Source: Owenia fusiformis
Taxonomy: Eukaryota
Direction: 5' to 3'
NCBI GenBank assembly: GCA_903813345.2
Contig: CAIIXF020000001.1
Location: 45,074,001-45,138,000, forward strand
Length of the DNA: 64,000 nucleotides
A program made the position numbers and the translations under genes. How positions within the stretch are numbered: the stretch's first letter is position 1; every line of letters begins with the position of its first letter. This document shows positions 63,093-64,000 of this stretch, piece by piece. The notes beneath the pieces are model-generated. The model made no database searches. It saw only the letters and a program-made list of their open reading frames with translations, and was not told the DNA's origin.

Positions 63093-64000
63093 ATGTTGGA
63101 CATTCAAAACTTAATTTGCTTTGCGTTTGTGTTTTTAATCATCTGCCATATTTCGAAGACGAGACAAATTGTAATAGATGGACCACCGACTGAAAATTGG
63201 ATTATGTACAGAGCAACATCTCAAGACATTCCAGAATATAAGTACAAATGGCCTTTGGAAAACAATCAGGGTCAGGTTGTCATTGATATAGACAGTTCGA
63301 AATGGTTAACAGTTGGTCAATATTCAACTGTATTGGATGTGAAGAGCAACACCATCGTGAGCACGATCTATAAGCTTGACATAGAAAATGATTGGGGACG
63401 ATCCGTTGGTTCAAAGAAACACGACCGTTTTACATGTTAAATGTAGAGAATACAATGGATTGAAACCTTGGATTCCTAATGCTGTTACTTTGGGACAGTA
63501 TAAGGATATTCGTTACTCAAGAATTGAATGCTTCTTGAAGAACATGTCTGTGACATTCTTAAAGGGCCTTGTTCACTTAAGATGGTTGGATCTAGCGAAC
63601 AACAATATTTCTGTAGTTGAGCAACATGCGTTTGATGATTTGGTTGCATTGGAAGATTTAGTCCTAACAAGAAACCCAATAGGGTTCCTCCCTAATGGAC
63701 TATTTTGCACTATGCCCAAACTGAAAACATTAAAATTGGATTACTTAAAGCTGACAGGATTCCCAACTGCTGCGTTCCAATCCAAATCGACATGTCTAGG
63801 CAATCTTCAAGATCTGGATCTCTCAAATAACAAATTGGTCAGTATACCAAATGCTTCATTCTCTCAAATGAACATGCTGACCAACCTTAGTCTCTATAAT
63901 TGCTCCATACATATTTTGGACGCTAATGCCTTCGAAGGGTTAACAAATATAGAACATTTAGACATTGGACAGAATTGGATAAAAGAATTACCAGTCGACA
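63093..64000 (+). pseudogene. Toll-like receptor copy 3, 5' part, frameshifted; runs off the window
   Basis: Matches the copy 2 N-terminus. Extra G in gattggggacg at 63394-63397; the LRR frame continues downstream. Confidence 0.88.

Larger units (their letters stand above)
24370..64000 (+). repeat. Tandem segmental duplication of a TLR-containing unit (TLR ATGs at 29219, 45639, 63093; periods 16420 and 17454 bp)
   Basis: ~30760-45600 is near-identical to ~47150-63090. 24370-27900 is a more diverged homolog of ~37580-40780 and ~55150-58310. Duplicated ORFs are visible throughout the ORF track. Confidence 0.95.

Overview
AT-rich, intron-containing animal DNA, most likely an invertebrate (inferred from the protostome-type TLR and the transposon families; the species cannot be determined). 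From left to right: (1) a minus-strand Ly6/uPAR three-finger gene running off the left edge. (2) An 8-exon minus-strand type-I membrane C-type lectin of about 659 aa, whose first lectin domain is split by an inserted two-exon WSC domain. (3) A nested transposon stack: a MITE containing a 6.5-kb foldback element with Academ-like transposase relics, which itself contains a LINE fragment and a MULE-like MITE. (4) A plus-strand astacin-EGF-CUB-Thr-rich metalloprotease with an unresolved 3' end. (5) From about 24 kb to the end, a tandem segmental duplication (period about 16.4-17.5 kb) carrying three intronless multiple-cysteine-cluster Toll-like receptor genes: copy 1 frameshifted, copy 2 intact, copy 3 frameshifted and cut by the window edge. 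Each TLR has a 540-bp palindromic element with a 5-bp TSD just upstream. Two 5'-truncated LINE RT fragments precede copies 2 and 3 but not copy 1, and a minus-strand membrane-protein gene fragment lies in each unit. The similarity pattern suggests TLR copy 2 is a recombinant of its neighbours. All exon models and alignments were read by eye; no database searches were run.
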